Source: a virus (lineage: Duplodnaviria; Heunggongvirae; Uroviricota; Caudoviricetes). From it: a DNA stretch of 64,000 nt. The translations under genes were made by a program, and so were the position numbers. The stretch lies in the IMG/VR virus record IMGVR_UViG_3300022871_000009, positions 1 to 64,000 of that record. The stretch is one strand, 5' to 3'. A model generated the notes under the pieces. It did no database searches. It was not told where the DNA came from and saw only the letters and a program-made list of their open reading frames with translations. Positions 8,692-17,420 of this stretch are shown in pieces (position 1 is the stretch's first letter; every line of letters begins with the position of its first letter).

Positions 8692-8720
8692 TTGACAAGT
8701 TTTCAGTGCTATGGTATAAT
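8692..8720 (+). promoter_or_regulatory. consensus sigma70 promoter (TTGACA-17-TGGTATAAT)
   Basis: CACTTGACAAGTtttcagtgctaTGGTATAAT. Perfect hexamers, extended -10 TG, 17-nt spacer. Confidence 0.6.
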
Positions 8721-8750
8721 GTAGTTAACATTTATTCAAAAGGTCGAATC

Positions 8751-9239
8751 ATGAATAATATACTAATTCAAAAGGAGAAGGTAAAATATAAATATAAATT
8801 TATGAACAATAATACTTTGGTAGTTTCACTACCTAATGGATTGAAAATCTCAGGATTTACATCTGAATCACAAGCAATGAGAGTTGCACGTGGTGCTGAA
8901 TTATCAGAAGGTGTACCTGTAGCTATAAAGGAAAAGAAACTTGGCAGACCTGTAGGAAGTAAGTCAAAAAAGCGTAAGAAATCTTCTAGAGCGTCTTGGT
9001 CCCCAGAAGAAGCAAACTTCATCCTAGACAACCTAGACCAATCAAGCGCTTTCATGAAAAGAACGTTCCTAGCAAATAAACATACAAAAAATGCTATCGC
9101 TGCTCGTTTCTACAACATGAGACAATACATGCTAACTGGTGACGAGGCTTTGTCACGTCAACTAGATTCTTATAGCAGAAGTCGAATTAACGCCCTTAGA
9201 GAAGAAAGTCCATCTGGAGAAAAACTTCCACTGTTCTAA
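8751..9239 (+). CDS. basic DNA-binding protein with AT-hook-like motif (KKLGRPVGSKSKKRKK)
   Basis: The track ORF starts at 8706, but the promoter -10 lies inside that extension. The ATG at 8751 (MNNILIQ...) sits a proper distance from the promoter. Confidence 0.5.
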   Translation: MNNILIQKEKVKYKYKFMNNNTLVVSLPNGLKISGFTSESQAMRVARGAELSEGVPVAIKEKKLGRPVGSKSKKRKKSSRASWSPEEANFILDNLDQSSAFMKRTFLANKHTKNAIAARFYNMRQYMLTGDEALSRQLDSYSRSRINALREESPSGEKLPLF

Positions 9240-9250
9240 ACTAGTTAAGT

Positions 9251-10099
9251 ATGTTTGAACGAAAAAGACCATTGATTAGTATCATACTTCCATGTTGGTT
9301 TACAAAAGAGCAACATGGAAAGTATGGTAAACACGAGACATTCTGGTTTGCTACCAAATGTCTAGAAAGACTCATCGCTGTGACTCCGAAAGACTCCTAC
9401 GAAATAATCATGATTGATAACGGGAGTACTCTTTCAGATGAAGACATTGAGCACGAGGTACAACAACTTATGCTAGGAGCTCCACCTGTGGTTTTCCCGG
9501 CTTATTCTCCCTCAGACTATTGGGCAAAAGCAGATATCCTAATTCGCAATCAACAGAATCTAGGATTTGCACCTGCCTGTAATCAGGGGTTCGCTATCGC
9601 ACGCGGTGAGTACATTTGTTGCCTCAATGACGATATATTAGTTTGGGAAAACTGGGAGACGGCTCTAATCGAGGCATTAGCACTCGAAGTAGAACCTGCA
9701 CCTGGTATTGTTATGCCAGCGCTAATGCGCGAAACGCGTGTAGCCACGGAAGCAATTGAAACCAAAGAAATCGACTTGAAAACTAACGCAAACAAGTTCG
9801 GCCCAGGGGCTGAGTTTGGCTCTCTCTGGTTCTGTAAAAAAGAGCTGTTAGACGAGTTAGTTGTAAAAGACGGCTATGTATTCGATGAGAACTTTAAACT
9901 CGGTATGGGGGAAGATAGAGACCTCTGGGACAGAGTTAGAGTTCTAGGTTACGAGACATATAGAACCCACAACACAAGAGTATTCCACCAAGGCAACATG
10001 ACTATCGGAAAAGTTTCTGATAGAAAAGAATACACCACAAAAAACAGGGAGTACTTAGAGACAAAAAGGAAGGCCCGCGGACAGAGGGAAGAAATTTAA
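9251..10099 (+). CDS. family 2 glycosyltransferase (GT-A fold)
   Basis: N-terminal ISIILPCW...IIMIDNGS pattern plus a DxD-like CLNDD. Confidence 0.7.
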   Translation: MFERKRPLISIILPCWFTKEQHGKYGKHETFWFATKCLERLIAVTPKDSYEIIMIDNGSTLSDEDIEHEVQQLMLGAPPVVFPAYSPSDYWAKADILIRNQQNLGFAPACNQGFAIARGEYICCLNDDILVWENWETALIEALALEVEPAPGIVMPALMRETRVATEAIETKEIDLKTNANKFGPGAEFGSLWFCKKELLDELVVKDGYVFDENFKLGMGEDRDLWDRVRVLGYETYRTHNTRVFHQGNMTIGKVSDRKEYTTKNREYLETKRKARGQREEI

Positions 10100-10110
10100 T
10101 TAGGAAGCTT

Positions 10111-10332
10111 ATGAAAAACAAACTAGTTTCCTTAAATGAATTGGCAACGAAACTGAAGGTCAATAAGTCAACATTGCACTTCTATCAGCGTTCCGGTCTT
10201 ATAAAGCCTATAGAAACTTGCGGTAGAATGCACATCTTTGATGGGGCACCTACCCTAAAGAGGCTTAAGGAAATAATAAAATACAAAAAAGAAGGACTAA
10301 AATTAGAACAAATAAAAAAGAAATTGAAATGA
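10111..10332 (+). CDS. MerR-like HTH protein
   Basis: LNELATKLKVNKSTLHFYQRSGLIKP matches the MerR N-terminal HTH pattern. 73 aa. 4-bp overlap with the SNF2 gene. Confidence 0.45.
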   Translation: MKNKLVSLNELATKLKVNKSTLHFYQRSGLIKPIETCGRMHIFDGAPTLKRLKEIIKYKKEGLKLEQIKKKLK

Positions 10333-12035
10333 TAATATCCAAAAAGCCGACAACTAAATTCAAATACGAATTTGACTTTGACTTTTCTTACGATGTTCTC
10401 ACTATCTGCCGAGCTATCAAAATGAGACACGGCGCTGCCAACATGAATTTCAATGGAGGTAAATGGCGCTTTAATAATCTCGCTATCTTAGACGAACTTA
10501 AAAAAGTTTTTCCATCAATCAAAATTGATGTGTCTATGCATAATGATATGAAGCAATATAGTAGAGACAAAGAAGAGAAGCAAGACAAGATTGAAAGAGC
10601 TCATGAAATTAAAAAAGCTGTTGCTTCTGATTTGGATATTACTGGAATTAAAGGAGAACTCTACCCATATCAAAAACTAGGCGTAGAGTTCTTCATTAAT
10701 AACGGCGGACGTGGTATATTAGCTGATACAATGGGGCTTGGAAAGACTTTACAGACTCTGGCTTATATAGTGCATGCAAAGAAAAAGAAGACTATCGTAA
10801 TTTGCCCAGCGAGTGTTAAATATTCTTGGGAAAGCGAGGTCAAAAAATGGACGAAACTAAAATCAAAAGTTTTGAACAGTAAAGATTTTAGTGAGTTTAA
10901 TACTGAGGTATTTTCAGGGCATGATGTCTTTATCATAAATTACGATTTGATAAGAAAGTTTCTACCGAAACTACTTGCACTGAGGTGGGACTGCATGGTT
11001 TGTGATGAATTTCATTACATTAAAAACTCTGCGGCTCTCAGAACTAAAGCTACTAAGAAACTGGGCGGTCAGATTGAATCAATCTTACTTCTCAGTGGTA
11101 CTCCAATACTGAACAGACCAGTAGAATTGTTTAATGGATTGAACGTGTTAGAACCTACGGTGTGGAATGATTATTATCAGTACACATCAAGGTACTGTGG
11201 AGCTTATCAGGGACACTTTGGCTGGGATGCCCGTGGGGCTACTCACATAGATGAGTTGCAACAAAAAACTTCTCACTATTTCCTAAGAAGAAATAAAGAT
11301 GAAGTTTTGAGTGAGCTTCCTCCAAAAAGATTCATGGATAATCCTGTAGAGTTGGAAGCTGAAGTTCAGTCTAAATATAGATTGGCAGAAACAGCTTTCA
11401 TAAAATATTTACGAGAAGTAAAAAAGAAAAAAATATCAGAAAGTTCTGCTAACGAGCAGGCATACAAATTAGCTAGACTAAATGAACTGCGCCAATTGGC
11501 TTCAGAAGGAAAGGTCTACGCGGCCAAAGAAATCATAGAGAATGTAATTGATAATGGAGAAAAGATATTGGTTTTCTCAGCTTTCAACAAACCACTAGAG
11601 GACCTCAAAGAATACTTCGGAGATTCTGCTATAATTCTCACCGGCAAAACAAGTAGTGAAGACCGCAGAGATATCATAGAAAAATTTCAGAAAGATAAAA
11701 AAACTAAAATATTCTTAGGAGGAATCAAAAGCGCTGGTGTTGGAATAACATTAACTGCCGCTTCTAGTGTGTTGTTTGTTGACTACAGTTGGGTCCCTGC
11801 TGACCATGCTCAAGCTGTAGACAGGGCTCATAGGATTGGTCAAAAAGCTGACAGTATCTCTGTATACCAATTGTACTCAAAGGACACTATAGATGAGTAC
11901 ATGATGGAAACTATCAAACGTAAAGAGAAGATATTCAACCAACTTATTAACGGTGTTGGCAGCGAAGAAAAACAAACTAAACTGAGCATGGTCGGAGACG
12001 TAATAAAAAGTTTCGAACAGAAGTTATGCACTTGA
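10329..12035 (+). CDS. SNF2-family DNA-dependent ATPase/helicase
   Basis: Motif I ILADTMGLGKTLQ. Motif II DEFHYIKN. C-terminal helicase motifs (GGIKSAGVGITLT, VDRAHRIGQ). Confidence 0.85.
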   Translation: MIISKKPTTKFKYEFDFDFSYDVLTICRAIKMRHGAANMNFNGGKWRFNNLAILDELKKVFPSIKIDVSMHNDMKQYSRDKEEKQDKIERAHEIKKAVASDLDITGIKGELYPYQKLGVEFFINNGGRGILADTMGLGKTLQTLAYIVHAKKKKTIVICPASVKYSWESEVKKWTKLKSKVLNSKDFSEFNTEVFSGHDVFIINYDLIRKFLPKLLALRWDCMVCDEFHYIKNSAALRTKATKKLGGQIESILLLSGTPILNRPVELFNGLNVLEPTVWNDYYQYTSRYCGAYQGHFGWDARGATHIDELQQKTSHYFLRRNKDEVLSELPPKRFMDNPVELEAEVQSKYRLAETAFIKYLREVKKKKISESSANEQAYKLARLNELRQLASEGKVYAAKEIIENVIDNGEKILVFSAFNKPLEDLKEYFGDSAIILTGKTSSEDRRDIIEKFQKDKKTKIFLGGIKSAGVGITLTAASSVLFVDYSWVPADHAQAVDRAHRIGQKADSISVYQLYSKDTIDEYMMETIKRKEKIFNQLINGVGSEEKQTKLSMVGDVIKSFEQKLCT

Positions 12036-12060
12036 CAAGTTTAGAGTAATATGGTATAAT
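12032..12060 (+). promoter_or_regulatory. consensus sigma70 promoter (TTGACA-17-TGGTATAAT)
   Basis: CACTTGACAAGTttagagtaataTGGTATAAT, followed by AAAAGGTCGA as at 8737. Confidence 0.6.
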
Positions 12061-12116
12061 AGTTACATAACAAAAAGGTCGACATATAATTAATAACAGA
12101 AATAACCAAAGAAATT

Positions 12117-12737
12117 ATGTCAATATTTTCAGACGAAAATAAAGTATCTGGAAGCTGGGCTTCCTTTAAAGTAGTAGGAGACAAAGTAGAAGGTACACTT
12201 ATAGACAAGCGAACCACTTTCAATAAATTGAGTGGAAAAGACCAAATAATCTACGAGTTGAAAGACTCAGAGGATAATATAATCCTCGTTGGTGGTAAAC
12301 CTGCCGTAGATGCACAAATGAAACACGTTAGGTTAGGTCAGATTGTAGGATTTGAGTTCACAGAAGAACGTAAAGCTACAGTACCTGGTCATAGCCCTAC
12401 CAAGATTATCCAAATATTCGCCAACGTTAAAGTTGTAGACGAAGAATGGTTAGCAGTTCAAGAAGCTGCAAAAGAACTTGGTGGAACTGTCACTCAATCT
12501 CCTGCAGATGGTTCAGAGGAACCAAGTTACGAACCTGTAGAAGATAAAGTTGAAGAACCTGAAGTACCTGATTTTTCAGAAGGTGCCTCACAAGCAGAAG
12601 AAATTAATACTCTCGCAAAAGCTAAATTAGGTGCCGAAACTGATGCTGACGTACAAGCAAAAGTAATGGAGAGCACTAAACTTGCCTTTATCGAAGATAA
12701 TTATACTGCGATTCTAGAAGCTCTTAAAAAATTGTAA
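12117..12737 (+). CDS. hypothetical acidic protein, probably a highly expressed early protein
   Basis: 206 aa. The C-terminal half is very acidic (EEPSYEPVEDKVEEPEVPDFSEGASQAEE). Directly downstream of a consensus promoter. Confidence 0.5.
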   Translation: MSIFSDENKVSGSWASFKVVGDKVEGTLIDKRTTFNKLSGKDQIIYELKDSEDNIILVGGKPAVDAQMKHVRLGQIVGFEFTEERKATVPGHSPTKIIQIFANVKVVDEEWLAVQEAAKELGGTVTQSPADGSEEPSYEPVEDKVEEPEVPDFSEGASQAEEINTLAKAKLGAETDADVQAKVMESTKLAFIEDNYTAILEALKKL

Positions 12738-12738
12738 A

Positions 12739-12768
12739 CCCAAACTCAAACGACTTGTCGTTTGGGTA
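12739..12768 (+). terminator. stem-loop after the 12117..12737 gene
   Basis: CCCAAACtcAAACGACttGTCGTTTGGG inverted repeat. No clear U-tract. Confidence 0.35.
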
Positions 12769-13206
12769 GTGTCGCCCTGCCTAAGGTGGTTCCCCCTCCT
12801 TTCTGCCTGGGTAATCAGGCGATACTACTTAAACTATAATTTACTGAGTGTTGGGTTGGCTGAATAAACTCTTCGATAGGGAGTTAAAGCACAGCGAAAG
12901 TGGCATAGGAGTCATCATTAGCTGATTAGCAAGACAATTACAATTATGTAAAATGTACTATCGCGAAGAGCCTGTAAATAAACTGAATCAGGCCAGTTTC
13001 TACAAAAACACATTTTTGCTTCCTCCTAGGTTGGGTGAAGGTGTGAGGGACTGTTGGGCAAGTTCTGACTGCGTTGTCGGAAGCCCAGGTGAGCAGGGTA
13101 GGCCCTGTGTAGCCTAAATAAATAAAAGCTGAATAACGACTTGCTATGCAGGAAACCATAATCCTGTACCAAGCACTTAGTAAATTATATCTAGAAATAT
13201 TAAAGT

Positions 13207-13713
13207 ATGCCTACCGGTATCTACAAACGTAAATCATGTACATCCACAACAAAAATTAAAATAGGGAACGCCAACATAGGAAAAAAGAATGGTGTATATA
13301 AGCATGGCATGGTAAAAACAAAATTTTATAGGCATTGGAGAATAATGAAAAGTAGATGTTCTGATAAAAATAGACCGTCCTATTACAATAAGGTATCTGT
13401 TTGCAAAGAATGGACCGATTTTCTAAAATTTAAAGAAGATACACATAAATCATATATTAACCATGTAAAAATGTTTGGAGAGGCTAACACAACTCTAGAC
13501 AGAATTGATGGAAACGAAAACTATCACAAAGACAACTGTAGGTGGGCAACAAAAGAGTTGCAGGCTAATAACAGAAAAAATACGTTATTCTTTAAATTAG
13601 ATGATAAAAAATATACTATAAGAGATTTATCTAAATTAACTGGAATAACTTATAAAAATTTATTTAACAGATTGGTCGTTCACAAATGGCTAATTAGTAA
13701 AGCAATTAAATAA
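13207..13713 (+). CDS. free-standing HNH homing endonuclease (HNH_3/NUMOD-like)
   Basis: TLDRIDGNENYHKDNCRWATKELQANN matches the HNH_3 signature. Basic N-terminal region. Confidence 0.65.
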   Translation: MPTGIYKRKSCTSTTKIKIGNANIGKKNGVYKHGMVKTKFYRHWRIMKSRCSDKNRPSYYNKVSVCKEWTDFLKFKEDTHKSYINHVKMFGEANTTLDRIDGNENYHKDNCRWATKELQANNRKNTLFFKLDDKKYTIRDLSKLTGITYKNLFNRLVVHKWLISKAIK

Positions 13714-13714
13714 T

Positions 13715-14749
13715 ATGATGGGCGTAATCGGGGATATGCATTTACGTGAAAAACTTGGATATGCTGATTATCTACCTGATAAGCGTATCCCAGAAAAAGA
13801 AGCTGTTCTGAAATTTATCAGAAAGAAGTTTGAGAAATGCGATTCAATAGTATTTGTAGGTGACCAGCTTAACAGCAGGAACAACATATCAGAAGTAATT
13901 AGAGGATTCGTGCAGTTTGTAGAAACGTTCAATGATAAGAAAGTTTACATACTTGCAGGTAATCATGAGAAAAAAGGAGACGGTAAAAGTGCCATAGATT
14001 TCATGCGGGAGATAGACAAACCCAACTGGACGATAATCACAGACGATATACTCGTCACAGATATGAATGGTATAAAAGGAGCGTTCTGTCCATACTTCTA
14101 TAAGACAGAACTAGAAGTTGATACAAATGAAAAAGGTGCTAAAAAATTAATGAAAAAACTGGAAGCGGCTGGTGAAGCAGATATAATATTCCACCACCAC
14201 GCTGTGACTGACACTACTACAGAGGGAGGTACTCCGACCAGTATATTTGATGAGATAGTCCTATCTAGAAAAGCTCTTGAAAAGAAATACAAACTAGTAG
14301 TTGGAGGTCATGTACACAAACCTCAGATAGTAGATAAAACTATTGTAACTGGAAGTGTGTTTACACATGACGCTGGAGAGGTAGAGAAATCAATCTACAT
14401 AATTGATGAGAAGACATTGAAGGTAGAAACTATCAACTTACCTGTGAGACCTATATATAAGTTGGTTGACCCAACTGAAGAAGAGATAGGTAAACTGAGT
14501 GACAATGGAATAGCTAAAGTAGAACTAAAGAAAAAGTTGAATGCTAATAAGTTGATGGCTCTAAAAGAATTACTAGAAAAGAAACTGGATGCCTACGTTC
14601 TTCTAGAGAACTATGAAAAAGAAAGAAAGAAAGTTCATTTCGAAGAAGGCATGTTAGACTTCAGCATAGAGAACTTGCTGATAGAATACGCAAAACAAAA
14701 TAAAATCCCTAAAGGGAAGTTATTAACAGCATGGGAAACCATTAAGTAG
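13715..14749 (+). CDS. sbcD: SbcD/Mre11-like metallophosphoesterase nuclease
   Basis: Calcineurin-like motifs GDMHL, VFVGDQLN, LAGNHE and GGHVHKPQ in canonical order. Confidence 0.75.
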   Translation: MMGVIGDMHLREKLGYADYLPDKRIPEKEAVLKFIRKKFEKCDSIVFVGDQLNSRNNISEVIRGFVQFVETFNDKKVYILAGNHEKKGDGKSAIDFMREIDKPNWTIITDDILVTDMNGIKGAFCPYFYKTELEVDTNEKGAKKLMKKLEAAGEADIIFHHHAVTDTTTEGGTPTSIFDEIVLSRKALEKKYKLVVGGHVHKPQIVDKTIVTGSVFTHDAGEVEKSIYIIDEKTLKVETINLPVRPIYKLVDPTEEEIGKLSDNGIAKVELKKKLNANKLMALKELLEKKLDAYVLLENYEKERKKVHFEEGMLDFSIENLLIEYAKQNKIPKGKLLTAWETIK

Positions 14750-14755
14750 AACTGT

Positions 14756-14920
14756 ATGGCTAGAAAGATATACAACAAAATAATGTCTCTGAAAGCACTT
14801 CCATGTGCTCTTGGTTTGCACAGGTGGGTAAAACTTTCTATCCCAAAAGTTGGACAGAATAGCAGAGTGCATAAAGGTCGATGTACACATATCTGCTCAA
14901 AATGTTATAAATTAAAATAA
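14756..14920 (+). CDS. possible 54-aa Cys-rich small protein, not in the ORF track
   Basis: Manual translation MARKIYNKIMSLKALPCALGLHRWVKLSIPKVGQNSRVHKGRCTHICSKCYKLK. Fills the gap between the sbcD-like gene and the SPFH gene. Confidence 0.3.
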   Translation: MARKIYNKIMSLKALPCALGLHRWVKLSIPKVGQNSRVHKGRCTHICSKCYKLK

Positions 14921-14928
14921 AATAAAAT

Positions 14929-16278
14929 ATGTATATATTAATTGGACTAGGTGTAGTCTTTGTACTAGTAGTACTATTCTTGGCCACCTACAAAGTAGTT
15001 GACCCAAATGAGGCTCACATCGTAGTTAAGTTCGGTAGTGGTAGGAAGCTATATGCTCCTAAATCACAAGATGCAGAAGGTAAAGAAATACCTTCTAAAA
15101 CAAGTTACTTCTTTATCCCAAGATTGATGACAAGGGAAATTCTTCCTTTGACTAATGTGAAGATGAACATTCCAGAGATTCATTTGAATGATATCGAAGT
15201 TGCCCCTTTCGTGTGTGATGTAATTGCATGGATTCACGTTGATAATCCTATCATCGCCGCAGAAAGATTAAACGTTAATCATCCAGAAGGAACCTTCGGC
15301 TCATTAGGCGAGGACCTTAAAGGTATCGTACACGCTGTAGCTCGTGAGGTTGCTATGAGACAAGAGATTCTACAAATCTTACGTGATAGAAAAACCTTTT
15401 CAGAATCAGTTAGTAAAGCTGTAGACGGGGTTCTAAAATCATGGGGTGTAGAGTTAATTAACTTGGAAGTTATCGACATCAAAGATGATGCTTCAAAAAC
15501 TTCTAGAGTTATCGCTGATTACGAAAGTATCAGAAAAGTAAAAGTTAACACAGAAGCTCGTAAAGAGAATTCTGGACGTGATAGAGAAGCTGTAGTAGTA
15601 GAACAAGAGAATAGAGAGGCTGCTGAAATCGCTACTGCTGAAGCTGAAGAGAACTTAAGAAAAAGACAAATTAGTAAAGATAAAGAAATTGGTATTTCTG
15701 AACAGCAACAAGCAACAGAGGTTGCTAGAGCTGCTGAAATTGCCAATGAACAACGAGTTTCTGCAGAGAAGACTTTGCAAGTTGGTTTAGCTGCAGTTAC
15801 AAAGGAAGCTACCATTGAGGAAGCCCTTGGTCAAGGTGAAGCAGTTAAAATTAAAGGTGAAAAAGAAGCAGAAGTTATTACTCTAACAGGTAAAGCTCAA
15901 GGTAGTGCTATCGAGGCGAAAGGTCTTGCTGATGCCGTATCCAAAGATAAGATGGCAGAAGCTATGAAGAAATTTAATGATGCTGCTACGAACATTGAGA
16001 AGATTAATGCTTGGAAAACAGTTGAAATGTCTAAATATAGTGCTCTCGGTGATGCATTGTCTAAAGCTGATTTGAAGCTTGTTTCATCAGGTAAAGGTGG
16101 TAACCTATTTGGATTCCCTCTAAACGCTGAAACTGGTGCTGACCTTGGACAAATGTCAGAAGCTATGGGTGGAGGAAATAATCCAATCCAAGGAATTGGT
16201 GACTCTATCAAGAGTGTACTAAATAACCTTGTGGGTTCTAATAAAGAAGCTCCTAAAGGCCAACAGGATAACTCATAG
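14929..16278 (+). CDS. SPFH/band-7 (flotillin-like) membrane protein
   Basis: N-terminal TM helix (ILIGLGVVFVLVVLFLA). SPFH-like core. Long Glu/Ala-rich coiled-coil C-terminal half typical of flotillins. Confidence 0.7.
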   Translation: MYILIGLGVVFVLVVLFLATYKVVDPNEAHIVVKFGSGRKLYAPKSQDAEGKEIPSKTSYFFIPRLMTREILPLTNVKMNIPEIHLNDIEVAPFVCDVIAWIHVDNPIIAAERLNVNHPEGTFGSLGEDLKGIVHAVAREVAMRQEILQILRDRKTFSESVSKAVDGVLKSWGVELINLEVIDIKDDASKTSRVIADYESIRKVKVNTEARKENSGRDREAVVVEQENREAAEIATAEAEENLRKRQISKDKEIGISEQQQATEVARAAEIANEQRVSAEKTLQVGLAAVTKEATIEEALGQGEAVKIKGEKEAEVITLTGKAQGSAIEAKGLADAVSKDKMAEAMKKFNDAATNIEKINAWKTVEMSKYSALGDALSKADLKLVSSGKGGNLFGFPLNAETGADLGQMSEAMGGGNNPIQGIGDSIKSVLNNLVGSNKEAPKGQQDNS

Positions 16279-16283
16279 AGCCT

Positions 16284-16586
16284 ATGAAAGTATTCGCAAT
16301 AAAATATTCTTTCAAGAACAAAGATGGAAATAACATGTGGGGAATGAGAATGAATGTGGCCAATGGCCTCGAGGAACTTATTTCAACCACAGAAAAAAAT
16401 CTAGAAGAAGAAGAAGATGCTATTAAAGGCAGTTTTGAACTTGATATGCATTTATCGATGAAAATGGCTAAACTTTTCGATGAAATTAAGCGTTGTTCTA
16501 AAGAAGAGAATATAGAGAAAGAAACAGTCAGTGAAATTACTGCTGACCTCAAAAACTTTGACAACTTGATTACAGATAAATATTAA
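16284..16586 (+). CDS. hypothetical protein
   Basis: 100-aa acidic ORF. Confidence 0.4.
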   Translation: MKVFAIKYSFKNKDGNNMWGMRMNVANGLEELISTTEKNLEEEEDAIKGSFELDMHLSMKMAKLFDEIKRCSKEENIEKETVSEITADLKNFDNLITDKY

Positions 16587-16590
16587 CCCT

Positions 16591-17139
16591 ATGATAGTAC
16601 TCGGATTAGACTTGTCGTTAGTTGGCACGGGTTGTGTCGTGCTTGATGACGGAAAAATGAAGACATCAAGATTAATAACAAGTAAACCGAGTGGAAAGAA
16701 TCCTAAAAAAGAGTTAGAGAGGCTCCTGGGCATATGCAAACAGATTAGCATTATAGTGGATATGCATGACCCAAAGCTAGTCTGTATCGAAGGCATCGCA
16801 TTTATGTCTCGAAATTCAGGAGCTCTCTCTCAGCTCTCAGGGTTAAATTATCTTGTAAGAAGACTCTTACATGTCAGAGGAATAGACTTCGTTATTGCAG
16901 CCCCAACAGTACTCAAGAAGTTCGTAACAGGAAAAGGAAATTCTCCAAAAGAATTCATGCTCCTAGAAACATACAAAAGATACGGTGTCTCATTCAACGA
17001 CAACAACCTCTGCGACGCCTACGGGCTAGCGAGGATTGCCGAAGCGACACTAGACGACAACCTAAAACTAACAAAATTCCAAGCGGAAACATTAATTAAC
17101 GTAAAAAACGCATATGAAGAAAGTAAAACCTGCAGCTAA
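16591..17139 (+). CDS. ruvC: RuvC-like Holliday junction resolvase
   Basis: N-terminal MIVLGLDLSLVGTGCVVLDD matches the RuvC motif (hGhDPGxxxTG) with a catalytic Asp. Length 182 aa. Confidence 0.7.
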   Translation: MIVLGLDLSLVGTGCVVLDDGKMKTSRLITSKPSGKNPKKELERLLGICKQISIIVDMHDPKLVCIEGIAFMSRNSGALSQLSGLNYLVRRLLHVRGIDFVIAAPTVLKKFVTGKGNSPKEFMLLETYKRYGVSFNDNNLCDAYGLARIAEATLDDNLKLTKFQAETLINVKNAYEESKTCS

Positions 17140-17416
17140 ACCAATGAAGAGAGTTGCAAAAAAGATTACAAAAAAGAAAGTTGCTAAAAAAGATGATGGA
17201 ATAGCATTGCTTACTAAATGGCAAGTAGATGTTGTCACTAAGTGTTTTATGGACAAAACTGCAAAAGCCATATACAAATTTAGTAAAGACACTAGCATGC
17301 CTAAAGAAATGATGCAGAAGATGCTAGAAGACGCTCCAAACGCTGCTGAACATATCGTAGAAGATATCAACACAGCAATAGCATGGGAAATTGCTAAAAA
17401 AGAAATTTTAAAATAA
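17114..17416 (+). CDS. hypothetical Lys-rich protein
   Basis: 100-aa ORF with a basic N-terminus. Confidence 0.4.
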   Translation: MKKVKPAAKPMKRVAKKITKKKVAKKDDGIALLTKWQVDVVTKCFMDKTAKAIYKFSKDTSMPKEMMQKMLEDAPNAAEHIVEDINTAIAWEIAKKEILK

Positions 17417-17420
17417 ACCT

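Noticed and set aside
8706-8750. 5' extension of the AT-hook gene as given in the ORF track (start 8706)
   Set aside because: The extension contains the -10 hexamer of the consensus promoter (TATAAT at 8715..8720). The ATG at 8751 lies a sensible distance downstream, so 8751 is the more plausible start.
12944-13159. 71-aa minus-strand ORF in the long non-coding gap
   Set aside because: No start context. Composition unlike the other proteins. The region is better explained as a structured non-coding or regulatory element.
12769-13206. tRNA or tmRNA in the long gap
   Set aside because: No T-loop-like GTTCGAnTC motif, acceptor/CCA arrangement or tag-peptide frame was seen by eye. It is kept only as an unspecified structured-RNA candidate (see findings).
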